DNA from: a virus
Length of the DNA stretch: 64,000 nucleotides
IMG/VR virus record: IMGVR_UViG_3300009177_000720
Direction: 5' to 3' (one strand)
The translations under genes and the position numbers were made by a program. The notes beneath the pieces were generated by a model. The model ran no database searches. It saw only the letters and a program-made list of their open reading frames with translations, and was not told the origin of the DNA. Positions 10,322 to 19,306 of this stretch are shown here, one piece after another (positions within the stretch are counted from its first letter, which is position 1; every line of letters begins with the position of its first letter).

Positions 10322-13300
10322 TCAATCGTCCTCGTTTTCTTCGTCCAAATCGATAAGCCCTTCGTCATAGAGCATATCCTCGACTCTTTCCAGTAAAGAC
10401 TGTTTTCCAGGGGTTACGGAGTCTTTTTCCTTAGCTTTGGCCTTAGCTTCCTTCAAATTAACCTTCTTGGCTTTTAGGTCGGCAGGTAAGGCAGGGATCA
10501 TAGACAAATCATATAAATTGTCCAGGATGACTCCCATGTCATCTTCATAGCTATTGGTGTTACCCGAGAAGCAGAGGGCAAGCCCAGTGTCAAATTCTGC
10601 CTTGCTATGGACTTCTTTGATGCGCTGCTGAACCGTAGCCCAACGATCCGGGAAGATTGTGCAGGAGCACTGGTCACCGTTCTTATCCTCGATAACGGCC
10701 TTGATCATAGACTGACCATAATACTTACTAGTCTCTTTTTTGACCTTGAACTCAAAGTAATCTCGGATGATTCCTTTAACAGGAGATACCTTAGTTTTAT
10801 CTTTAGCTTTTTTGATTTCATAGACAGTTACATGGTCATCTTTGAAAAACTTACCATAAGCATCAGCCGGCTTACAAGTAAATGATTCTCCCAAATAGAA
10901 TTGTTCCAAAGCATATAGCTCGGAAAGTTTCCAATCAGGTTCAGATGGCCAAGGATATACAAACTCTTCTACAGACGGATCGTGCTTCTTGAGCCAGACT
11001 TGTAGCTTCTTGCGATAGTCTGAACAGTACAAATAGATTAGCTTGCGTGGAATCTTAAAAGAATCCATTGCTCCGGCTGCCGCTAGGGCTTGAATACTAT
11101 TAGCTCTAACCTTCTTAGAGTCTACTCTGGCCATAAAATCAAAGAAGCTTTTGAATGGTCGTTTCTCAATAATATCTTTGATGGCGTCTTCGCCTACGAA
11201 TTTGAGAGCGTCAAGTCCAGTAAGAAGTTTGTTGCCATCCGAAATAGTGTATGTTAGCTGGGATGAATTAACATCAGGCGGCAATAGCTTGACCTTATGT
11301 TTCCTAAGCTCTTTCTTTATCTTTTCAATGTTACTCTTGGCGTCAGGAGCGTTGGACTTAACTTCTGCCATCAAATTGGCAAGAAGGAATTCAACGGGAT
11401 AGTGCCCCTTGAGATAAGCAGTCTTATAGCCGGTCATCGAATACAGCACAGCGTGAGAGACGTTGAAGCCGTAGCCCTGGAACTTATCTACAACTTCATC
11501 CCAAATTCTCTTGGCAATTTCTTCATTAACGCCCTGCTTGACAGCATCGTTAATGAATTCGGTTCTCCAAGCTTGTGCTTTCTTGGGATTTTTTCCCTTC
11601 TCTTTAGTAAGCTTACGCAAACGATCGGCAGAGTGAAGACTCCAACCAGCTACGTCCTGAGCAAGATACATAAGACACTCTTCGTACAAACCAAAGCCAT
11701 AAGTACTATTGAATGCCCTTCCCAATTTAGGATGCAACAATGACATTTTCTTCTCACCATTTCTGGTTTTGATGAAGTCATTACGCATATCGCGAGCAGA
11801 TGGACGAGCCAAAGCGTTAATATTGGCAAGGTCATTAATGTTACCTGGTTTGATTCTGCGGCATAGATCAATTGTACCTGCACTGGTTCCTAACTGAAAT
11901 ACGCAGAATGTATCGCCGCTAGTGATTAGATCATATGATTCTTTATCATAGACATCGTAGTCAAGTGGGTCAGGAGGAACTTCCTTGCCGCGCTCTTTGA
12001 TGATTTTATAGGTTTCACCAATGATATCTAGAGTGGAAAGTCCAAGAGTATCCATCTTGACCAGGCCGTTTTCTTCGGCCTTATCCTTATCGTACTCGAT
12101 AGCAAGGGCGCCATCTTTATCTTTTCTAAGTGGTACTAATCCAGTCAGCGGTCTAGCAGAGATAATGATACCTCCGGCGTGCGTAGACCAGGCCCTGTAT
12201 TTTCCACAGATGTCTTTGTACTTAGCAAATTCCGGATACTTCTTTGCATACTCTGCAAAAAGTGGAACTTTAATTAAAGCCTCATCGATAGAATGAACAT
12301 CGGAAGGGATACAATCAGCAACATCGTTACCGATTCTAATAGCTTCTTCCTTAGAACCACCGATCTCACAAGAGCGCGCGATGTCTCTCGCATATACTTT
12401 TGGTGTAATGGTATTTACGTTAGATACGTGAGCCACATGGTCTTCACCATATTTTTTACGCAAATATTCTTGCACACGTGCACGCCCGGATGGGGCAAAG
12501 TCCGTATCAATGTCAGGAAAGCTTGACTTTTCTTTATTATGGAATCTGGCAAAGATAAGATTATACTTAATCGGATCAGCTTGGTGAATTCCTAACAAGA
12601 ACCCAATCAAAGATCCTCCGACAGAGCCTCGACCATCACCAACGGCAATGTCATTCTTTCTGGCCCAATCGATGAAGTCGGCCACAATAAGCATGTAGCT
12701 GGAGAAGCCGTGAAACTCAATAACGTCTAATTCTTCAATAAGACGTTGTTCATACTGGGCGCGATTCTCTGGGCAGAGACCTTTGATACGGGCATCAAAG
12801 AATTTCTCACAATGGTAGCGAAGAAATAACTTATCTTCATCTAATCCTTTGATGGAGTCAGATTGACGAGACACCCAATCACTAAAATCTGCGTAGTCGG
12901 GCTCATCTTTGACAGGGAATATAGGAAGCTCCTTTCCAGAAGGATTGGAGAATTTCGGATCAATCCAGTCAGGCTTTTCGCATAGATCAGCGAAGTAAAT
13001 GCTGTTCGCACAGATTTCCTTACCAAACTCTTCACCATAATTTCTCGCAAAGAAAGCCTCAACCTCTTCGCCTGTCTTGAGATAAAACTCTGGTACAGGG
13101 TACTTTAACCTAAAATTAGAATGCTTGGGTTGATGCGAACCAATTGCCAGAAACACATCGTGAGTATCATGATCTTCTTTTTTAAGATAATGAGTGTTAC
13201 ACGCAGGGACAACCTTGACCCCATGAGCCTTGCCCAACTCAATCAAACGTCTATTTAAAAACTGCTGGTCGATCTCATCGTTAAAGATATTCGAACCGCG

Positions 13301-13834
13301 CTTCATATTGTTGGGTTGAACCTCAAGTCCAAGATTATCCCCGAACAATGCTTTCAAACGAAGAAGGGTTTGCCCAGCTTCTTCAAATTTCTTGTTCATC
13401 AACAGTTGATTGATGATACCGTTACCGCACGCGGTCAAACAGATTAGACCATCAGCATGCTGCGCCAGCAACTTCCAATCAATGATTGGATATACTCTCT
13501 TACCCATAAGAGAGCCTTGGTCGAATCCCTTTTTGTTCAGAGTTAGCAGGTTACGATAACCTACCGCATTCTTTGCCAGTAAGACTACGTGGCGTAGTCT
13601 TTCGATATTGGTTATGTCATCTACGAAGTAACACTCACACCCAATGATTAGCTTTACACCGGTATCTCTGGAAGCCTTTAGCGAGTCCCAGGCACCAGCC
13701 AATGTGCCGTGATCAGTTACCGCAATGGCAGGTTGACCTAATTCTTTAGCTCTTTGAAAGAGAGCCTTTGGAGAAATGATAGAGTCGAGAATAGAAAAAT
13801 CGGTTTGATTATGTAATGAGACAAAATCAGTCAT
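10322..13834 (-). CDS. dnaE: DNA polymerase III alpha subunit
   Basis: PHP domain (LHNQTDFSILD, TDHG), GRGSVGGS, PDIDTDF, KMDTLGL, YGFNVSHA. Confidence 0.97.
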   Translation of the reverse strand: MTDFVSLHNQTDFSILDSIISPKALFQRAKELGQPAIAVTDHGTLAGAWDSLKASRDTGVKLIIGCECYFVDDITNIERLRHVVLLAKNAVGYRNLLTLNKKGFDQGSLMGKRVYPIIDWKLLAQHADGLICLTACGNGIINQLLMNKKFEEAGQTLLRLKALFGDNLGLEVQPNNMKRGSNIFNDEIDQQFLNRRLIELGKAHGVKVVPACNTHYLKKEDHDTHDVFLAIGSHQPKHSNFRLKYPVPEFYLKTGEEVEAFFARNYGEEFGKEICANSIYFADLCEKPDWIDPKFSNPSGKELPIFPVKDEPDYADFSDWVSRQSDSIKGLDEDKLFLRYHCEKFFDARIKGLCPENRAQYEQRLIEELDVIEFHGFSSYMLIVADFIDWARKNDIAVGDGRGSVGGSLIGFLLGIHQADPIKYNLIFARFHNKEKSSFPDIDTDFAPSGRARVQEYLRKKYGEDHVAHVSNVNTITPKVYARDIARSCEIGGSKEEAIRIGNDVADCIPSDVHSIDEALIKVPLFAEYAKKYPEFAKYKDICGKYRAWSTHAGGIIISARPLTGLVPLRKDKDGALAIEYDKDKAEENGLVKMDTLGLSTLDIIGETYKIIKERGKEVPPDPLDYDVYDKESYDLITSGDTFCVFQLGTSAGTIDLCRRIKPGNINDLANINALARPSARDMRNDFIKTRNGEKKMSLLHPKLGRAFNSTYGFGLYEECLMYLAQDVAGWSLHSADRLRKLTKEKGKNPKKAQAWRTEFINDAVKQGVNEEIAKRIWDEVVDKFQGYGFNVSHAVLYSMTGYKTAYLKGHYPVEFLLANLMAEVKSNAPDAKSNIEKIKKELRKHKVKLLPPDVNSSQLTYTISDGNKLLTGLDALKFVGEDAIKDIIEKRPFKSFFDFMARVDSKKVRANSIQALAAAGAMDSFKIPRKLIYLYCSDYRKKLQVWLKKHDPSVEEFVYPWPSEPDWKLSELYALEQFYLGESFTCKPADAYGKFFKDDHVTVYEIKKAKDKTKVSPVKGIIRDYFEFKVKKETSKYYGQSMIKAVIEDKNGDQCSCTIFPDRWATVQQRIKEVHSKAEFDTGLALCFSGNTNSYEDDMGVILDNLYDLSMIPALPADLKAKKVNLKEAKAKAKEKDSVTPGKQSLLERVEDMLYDEGLIDLDEENEDD

Positions 13835-13956
13835 AGCACTGTCCTGTAAGGTTGTGTATTATAACACAATGCATATCGACTCATCCACGAGCGCTTTCAG
13901 TCTAAGGATAGACTGCGTATGCTATGTCAGGGAATACGGGTGGGATACTCTAGGTC

Positions 13957-14622
13957 TTAGAGGGACAATATAGATTTTACAACTTTTTCGTCAAGGGCCT
14001 CGGTATTATTGTATAAATAATTTATAGCCTTGAACTGATCTTTCCAAAATTGCTTGTCCTCAGCTTTTCTGGATAATAGATCTTGTAATTCAGAATAATA
14101 TATCTTTTTCTTTTTGAACAATCCGTGAGCGACCAAAGTAACTGCATCCCAGTTATCTTGAAGCTCCTGATTGATACCCTTGATTAATTTCTGCTTGTAG
14201 TTGTATCTCTTACGGCCAGGCTCAACCAAATTATATTTTTGGAAGAGAGCGGCTGCTTCGTTTATATCGCAGGAAGAACCCTCTCTTAAAAACATCGGAA
14301 ACCTATCGGAACCCGAAATCATCTTGAAATGGTGCTTTTCTGCAACTAAACCTGCGTAAGATAAGCCGATTTCGGCATGAAGTCTCTCATTAAACAAGAC
14401 AGGATCTTCGATCTCTGCAATGTCTTTAGGGTGATCATAATGAGTAAAGCCCTCGATTCTCTTGGACTTTTTGACTTCAAAGACGGAAACTGACTCAATT
14501 TTGATACAATGTAGTAGGCCATATACTGTATGTCCGGCCTCATGGTATGCTGTAGAAATTAATTCATGGGTCTCGTGAAACTTTTTCCTTATGTTTCCAA
14601 TACCTGCACTGCTGTTTGCCAT
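13957..14622 (-). CDS. Stand-alone M41 (FtsH-type) zinc peptidase domain protein
   Basis: TAYHEAGH, YAGLVAE and G-S-x-x-D motifs; no AAA or TM domain. Confidence 0.65.
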   Translation of the reverse strand: MANSSAGIGNIRKKFHETHELISTAYHEAGHTVYGLLHCIKIESVSVFEVKKSKRIEGFTHYDHPKDIAEIEDPVLFNERLHAEIGLSYAGLVAEKHHFKMISGSDRFPMFLREGSSCDINEAAALFQKYNLVEPGRKRYNYKQKLIKGINQELQDNWDAVTLVAHGLFKKKKIYYSELQDLLSRKAEDKQFWKDQFKAINYLYNNTEALDEKVVKSILSL

Positions 14623-14625
14623 AGC

Positions 14626-14910
14626 TCACCCCATTTGCTGAAGTAACACCTCCAAATCATTTAGTTTTTGGGCGCAATCAGCATGTTTGTGCTTACAATT
14701 GACGGACAATCTATCAGACCCAATTGGACCCGTCAAATTAAAGTCCGGATTATCCACATATAGGATTCCGGCTTTTGTAAAGTGAGGAGACTCAATAAAA
14801 CCATTTTTGAGAAGAAAAGCTAAGAACTCAGCGCTCAATGGGCCATCCGTTTTAAAGATAACGGCCGTTCTTCCACAGCAGGCTTGAATGGAGAACCTTT
14901 GAATTTTCAT
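14626..14910 (-). CDS. Hypothetical protein
   Basis: ORF. Confidence 0.6.
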   Translation of the reverse strand: MKIQRFSIQACCGRTAVIFKTDGPLSAEFLAFLLKNGFIESPHFTKAGILYVDNPDFNLTGPIGSDRLSVNCKHKHADCAQKLNDLEVLLQQMG

Positions 14911-14911
14911 C

Positions 14912-15229
14912 TTAATCCTTATTGTCTAATTCAACACCCTTACCCTCTAACAAGAACAAGGCGTACTTGATCTTGGCAGTCTGTACTTTCAAAGCATCTC
15001 GATAGGGTTCGGAATATTCCTTAACCAAGTCTTTAGCGCCACTCAACTTAATGTCAGCGGCCTTCTCTTGATCAATAGTATAAATATTACCTTCACAAGT
15101 AATAATTATCTTCTTCAAATCATCCACACCAGCAGCATCGGCAATATCCTTAAACTCTGGAAGCTTATCGATTACCTTTGCAAACTTCTCGGGAAACGTC
15201 ACCGGGGCTTGTCCGTCTTTCTTACTCAT
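14912..15229 (-). CDS. Hypothetical protein
   Basis: ORF. Confidence 0.6.
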   Translation of the reverse strand: MSKKDGQAPVTFPEKFAKVIDKLPEFKDIADAAGVDDLKKIIITCEGNIYTIDQEKAADIKLSGAKDLVKEYSEPYRDALKVQTAKIKYALFLLEGKGVELDNKD

Positions 15230-15241
15230 CGTCCAATCTCC

Positions 15242-16489
15242 TTATTCAATAATCTGAACTGTCTTATTAATAAAATCTATCGTATGCTCATCTCTAATTC
15301 TAGAGAAAAGAATTTGTAGATATCCTGTCTTATTCATTTGTTCAATGACTTCATCTAATGGCTTATCGATTCTTGTCTTAGCTAAGTTTTGTTTGATGAC
15401 TTCAAAGACTTCCTGATCCGTTAATTGTGCTTCTGGATTTTCTTCTCTGATCTTGTCAAGGATAAGTGATAGCTTAACATTTCTTTCGGCTAACTCTAAG
15501 AATCTTTCCTTATCAGAATCATCAATGGCATTCCAATCCATTTGTGAATTGTGAGCTAAGTACTGCGCCTCTGATAAGCTCATCCAATTTGGAACATCAA
15601 TCTTATTATCTGCTACCAATTTAGAGGTAACTGCATTAGCAAGAGCGGCTTTGTATTTGTTTTGAATGCTGGCTGTAGCAGTCCCGCGAACGAATTCGCG
15701 GACTTCGTCCATATCTTTTCGGCCTAGTTTAGCAGCCAAAGTCTCATCCAAAGGACATGGCGTAACTTTAGATCCCATTACCAAGGTAACCTTAACATGG
15801 ACATTTTTGCCAGTCAAAGATGGTAAAGAGCCTTCCGGTACTTTTACGTCAAACTCACGGGTTTCACCCAAGGTCATTCCCAAAATGTTATCATCAAACT
15901 GACTAACATTGCTATTGCCAACGGTAAGCATTTCCCCAGTAGCGCAGAGATTTGCCACCTTCTCACCATCAACAAAACCTTCATAGTCAATAATGATGCT
16001 ATCACCGGTTTGAACAAACTCTTCTTCAGTATAAGGAGCTGCTTCACCGAATTTGCATCGTACCTCTTGTAGGATTCTTTCGCCTACAACGATTTCACTC
16101 TCTGGCTCGTGTGGCTTTGGAATTTGGAAATTGGTATAAGGCGCCAATTCAAAATTAGGCTTACTGTGCAATTCAAATTCACAAGTAAACTTTCCATCCG
16201 CTAGGAGCAAAGTATTAAAACGGGGCGGGCCATGTGGCTTAATCTTCTTTTCGAAAAGAGTATTATGGTAAGCGTCCTCAGCCAAAGCTCTCTTTAAAGA
16301 GTCTTCAATTTGAGTTCGGTAATGAACTTTAATGGCATCGAGCGAAGCTTTACCCTGACGAAACCCTGGAACAGGAGCCTTCTTAAAGTGATTAAGAATC
16401 TCACCGCGCTTATCCAAAATCTCGGCAGCATCAGCTACATAGTGAACTGTTAACTTACAAGGCTCATTTTCTGTAATTTCAATTTGCAT
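15242..16489 (-). CDS. tig: Trigger factor
   Basis: VPGFRQGKA ribosome-binding motif; FKBP domain (GDSIIIDYEG, FDDNILGM); 415 aa. Confidence 0.93.
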   Translation of the reverse strand: MQIEITENEPCKLTVHYVADAAEILDKRGEILNHFKKAPVPGFRQGKASLDAIKVHYRTQIEDSLKRALAEDAYHNTLFEKKIKPHGPPRFNTLLLADGKFTCEFELHSKPNFELAPYTNFQIPKPHEPESEIVVGERILQEVRCKFGEAAPYTEEEFVQTGDSIIIDYEGFVDGEKVANLCATGEMLTVGNSNVSQFDDNILGMTLGETREFDVKVPEGSLPSLTGKNVHVKVTLVMGSKVTPCPLDETLAAKLGRKDMDEVREFVRGTATASIQNKYKAALANAVTSKLVADNKIDVPNWMSLSEAQYLAHNSQMDWNAIDDSDKERFLELAERNVKLSLILDKIREENPEAQLTDQEVFEVIKQNLAKTRIDKPLDEVIEQMNKTGYLQILFSRIRDEHTIDFINKTVQIIE

Positions 16490-16499
16490 GTGGGTCCTC

Positions 16500-17288
16500 T
16501 TACCAACTTACTTCGCCATATATATTTTGATTGAAAGCTTTTGACTTTCCCTCAGGGCATCTATCTAGATAGTCACAAAAATTACATAACACAGTAGGAT
16601 TTGGTTTAAAATCTTTTTCTGTAGTCATTTGACGAACATACTCTACATATTTATCTTGCACTTGCAAGACTTCATCTTTGGTAAATTCTGTAGTAATATA
16701 TTCAAAATCATGTCTCAATAAAATGTAGGACGCCCTAACTTTTGTAATGCTGGGATCCTCTGACATTATAACGAAGGCATAGGTCAGCAATTGGAAAAAA
16801 TCATCCTTCAGATATTTTTTATTTTTGACCGTTTTGTAGTCACCAACGTGGATTACATTATCCGCATCAATCTCGATTCTGTCAATTGCTCCGTTTAAGA
16901 TAATATTTTCAGCGACCGCTAATTCAAATCTTTTTTCTACAGCAATTACATTTGCTGGAGGGGCGCCATTATTTTTCTCAATTGAGATTTTTCTCAAATA
17001 CTTATCGATGATGGCCCAACAATCTTTCTTCATTTCGGGCGTCATCTTGTCTTTATATTCGACGAGCGCTTTCTTGAAAGAATCTCCCATTACAATATTA
17101 AAGGGTAAAAGACATCCTTCTAAATATGCTTTGTGAAACTCTTCTAAAACCATATGACAGAATTTACCAAAAATATGGAAATCCCAATCTTTACGAGGTA
17201 GCTTTTCTACATAGCAATATTTGAATTTAGCTTTGCAATCAATAAATGTTTTAGTCTTACTAACAGAGACGCGAAAATCTTCTGCCAT
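16500..17288 (-). CDS. PD-(D/E)xK RecB/Cas4-like exonuclease
   Basis: GAIDRI, DYKT, QLLTYA, C-terminal CxxC...C cluster. Confidence 0.85.
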   Translation of the reverse strand: MAEDFRVSVSKTKTFIDCKAKFKYCYVEKLPRKDWDFHIFGKFCHMVLEEFHKAYLEGCLLPFNIVMGDSFKKALVEYKDKMTPEMKKDCWAIIDKYLRKISIEKNNGAPPANVIAVEKRFELAVAENIILNGAIDRIEIDADNVIHVGDYKTVKNKKYLKDDFFQLLTYAFVIMSEDPSITKVRASYILLRHDFEYITTEFTKDEVLQVQDKYVEYVRQMTTEKDFKPNPTVLCNFCDYLDRCPEGKSKAFNQNIYGEVSW

Positions 17289-17342
17289 ATTTATATCTTT
17301 TCGTTTAATGTGTAATAACTATATATCGCTGGCAGAATTTTT

Positions 17343-18335
17343 TTAGAAAAGAACTCTTCTAGTAAATGGAAGCCATTCAAAAACAAACCCGGCGCCCGCA
17401 CGTTTGGAAAGGGCAATGCCTGCCAAATTTCCATCGAAAGAGCCCGTTGGACTGTATGGGGCGGTAGAAATAATCCACTTGTTAGTCCAAGTATCTAGAT
17501 AGTAATAAGTAATCTGATTGGTCCTTGGGTTGTAGTGGGATCTTAAGAAAGATCCGCTAACTGGAGGAGAATCTAATCCGCTGTTAAAGTAATGGTTACC
17601 ATCACGAACCTTCTCTGGATCTTCTAGAGAAAAATGCATTCTATTAATGTGTGGAGGATCATCTGGATTTTCAGTCGAAGCATCCTGGAAAATAACGAAA
17701 GCTCGTGGGTCAAATAAATTGCTGTTCTGATTAGTCGTATCAGGAGGCGGAATCTCAGGCTCTATTTTTACGTTTGCTGGTAAGGTACCTACACCAAGTC
17801 CCGTTTGCCCTTCACTATCCGTAGTAGAGTATTTAATACTATAGTTGGTACTATCATAAGGTTCATTGGTGAATGCTGCTGGATTACCATCCGCATCAAA
17901 TCCAGTAGGAGTGGATGGAAGGGCTGGATTGTTAACAGTGATTCCTGCTTGAGCGGGATTCTCAAAACCAGCGTTCGGTTGAATTGGGTTGGTACCAAAA
18001 GGATACAAATCTGGAATATTGGCCTCAGCCTGAGCGTCAGTAGCTGAACGAGGTAATCGGGCATTAGTTCCCTCAGCCATATTTGTAAGATAGGTTTCAC
18101 TTACAATTGGTGAGGAGTCTACCCCGTTGGTAGCAAGAATGTTTAAAATAACGCTGAGCTTATCGGTGGGCAAAAAGAGTGGCCCAGTATACATGGCAGA
18201 GAAAAGTGTAGGGACACTTCCGTCTAGAGTGTAAAAAATAGAAGCTGGGACATTTGTAGAAATAGCAACCGTTTTTGGAATGCCTGCTATTACTTGCTCT
18301 TCCGATGCTGTCACCGTAACACTGATAACTACCAT
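17343..18335 (-). CDS. Protein with an Fn3-associated/chitobiase C-terminal-like domain, possibly virion-associated
   Basis: IFYTLDGSVPT...YTGP motif. Confidence 0.5.
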   Translation of the reverse strand: MVVISVTVTASEEQVIAGIPKTVAISTNVPASIFYTLDGSVPTLFSAMYTGPLFLPTDKLSVILNILATNGVDSSPIVSETYLTNMAEGTNARLPRSATDAQAEANIPDLYPFGTNPIQPNAGFENPAQAGITVNNPALPSTPTGFDADGNPAAFTNEPYDSTNYSIKYSTTDSEGQTGLGVGTLPANVKIEPEIPPPDTTNQNSNLFDPRAFVIFQDASTENPDDPPHINRMHFSLEDPEKVRDGNHYFNSGLDSPPVSGSFLRSHYNPRTNQITYYYLDTWTNKWIISTAPYSPTGSFDGNLAGIALSKRAGAGFVFEWLPFTRRVLF

Positions 18336-18336
18336 A

Positions 18337-18651
18337 TTAAACCATATTTAGAAATTTTGCGTTAGGAGCGGTCATATTTTTCTTCAGCATAATGCGGTAG
18401 ATTCTATGAGCTGCTTTACGGAGCATTTTGGCTATACTAAGATAAACCTCGTCTCCTTCCCTTCTATACAAAATTATGAACCTATCGTGATAGTCCAAAT
18501 ATTCTAAATGTGGGGGAATACCCTTGTAGATGCCTTTATCGATAAGAATAAGCTTTTGCAGGGCCAAAAATATAATAGAACGGTAGAATTTTTGTTCTCC
18601 GTTGGCTACGTATTTTGGAAGAAAATCTTCCTTTAAACCCTCAATACTCAT
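18337..18651 (-). CDS. Hypothetical protein
   Basis: ORF. Confidence 0.55.
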   Translation of the reverse strand: MSIEGLKEDFLPKYVANGEQKFYRSIIFLALQKLILIDKGIYKGIPPHLEYLDYHDRFIILYRREGDEVYLSIAKMLRKAAHRIYRIMLKKNMTAPNAKFLNMV

Positions 18652-18679
18652 CTTAGTTAGATGCCCAAATATACGTTGA

Positions 18680-19303
18680 TTACGGTTCCAACTTTATTTG
18701 TTCAGATATTTTTCTGGCCTCTTTTATAAGATCGTTTAATGTGCCGTTATTGTTGACAATGTAATTAAATTCACTGTCAAGAATTCCGTCCTGATTGGTT
18801 TCACTTACGTCGTTAATCTTGGTATGGGAATCCCTTAAAAGTCGTATCTGATAGAACCCAGCTTGATTCAAATAATCAAACTCATTACGGAATCTACAAT
18901 CAGTGACAACGACAACTTTGGTTTTCCCCTTAACTAGTTTATTAACCCTATGCTCAAGATTACGAATCCAAAGATCGGATTGATACTTACGACCAAAATC
19001 ATTTCCCAGATCAATCAGGAGCTGCCTAACAGTTAAAGGGACTCCATCCTTAAAAGCGCCGGGAATCACTTCTGCACGAAACTTAGAAGCTCCGTAAAGC
19101 CACTTGCGCGGAATTTGCGGGAATGCTAAGCGAGCCATCTTCTTGAGCGGGTCGGCAAAGGCAATGTATTTGGTACGTTCTTTAGTGCTATAGATTTTGT
19201 GTTCTAGAGTAAGTCTCTCATGAAGATGATCGACTATAAGTTTGCCTAAAGTATTCTTTCCAGAATTAGCCTTACCAGTTATTGCAATCTTATACATCCG
19301 CAC
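18680..19303 (-). CDS. Deoxynucleoside monophosphate kinase
   Basis: GKANSGKNT, FADPLK, RQLLIDLG, TDCRFRNE. Confidence 0.85.
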   Translation of the reverse strand: MRMYKIAITGKANSGKNTLGKLIVDHLHERLTLEHKIYSTKERTKYIAFADPLKKMARLAFPQIPRKWLYGASKFRAEVIPGAFKDGVPLTVRQLLIDLGNDFGRKYQSDLWIRNLEHRVNKLVKGKTKVVVVTDCRFRNEFDYLNQAGFYQIRLLRDSHTKINDVSETNQDGILDSEFNYIVNNNGTLNDLIKEARKISEQIKLEP

Positions 19304-19306
19304 TCC

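Noticed and set aside
10322-13834. Intein or intron in dnaE (also checked recA and topA)
   Set aside because: Lengths are normal and no intein splice motifs or frame breaks were seen.
16500-17288. CRISPR-Cas locus (Cas4)
   Set aside because: No repeat-spacer array or other cas genes were seen; it is a stand-alone RecB-like nuclease.
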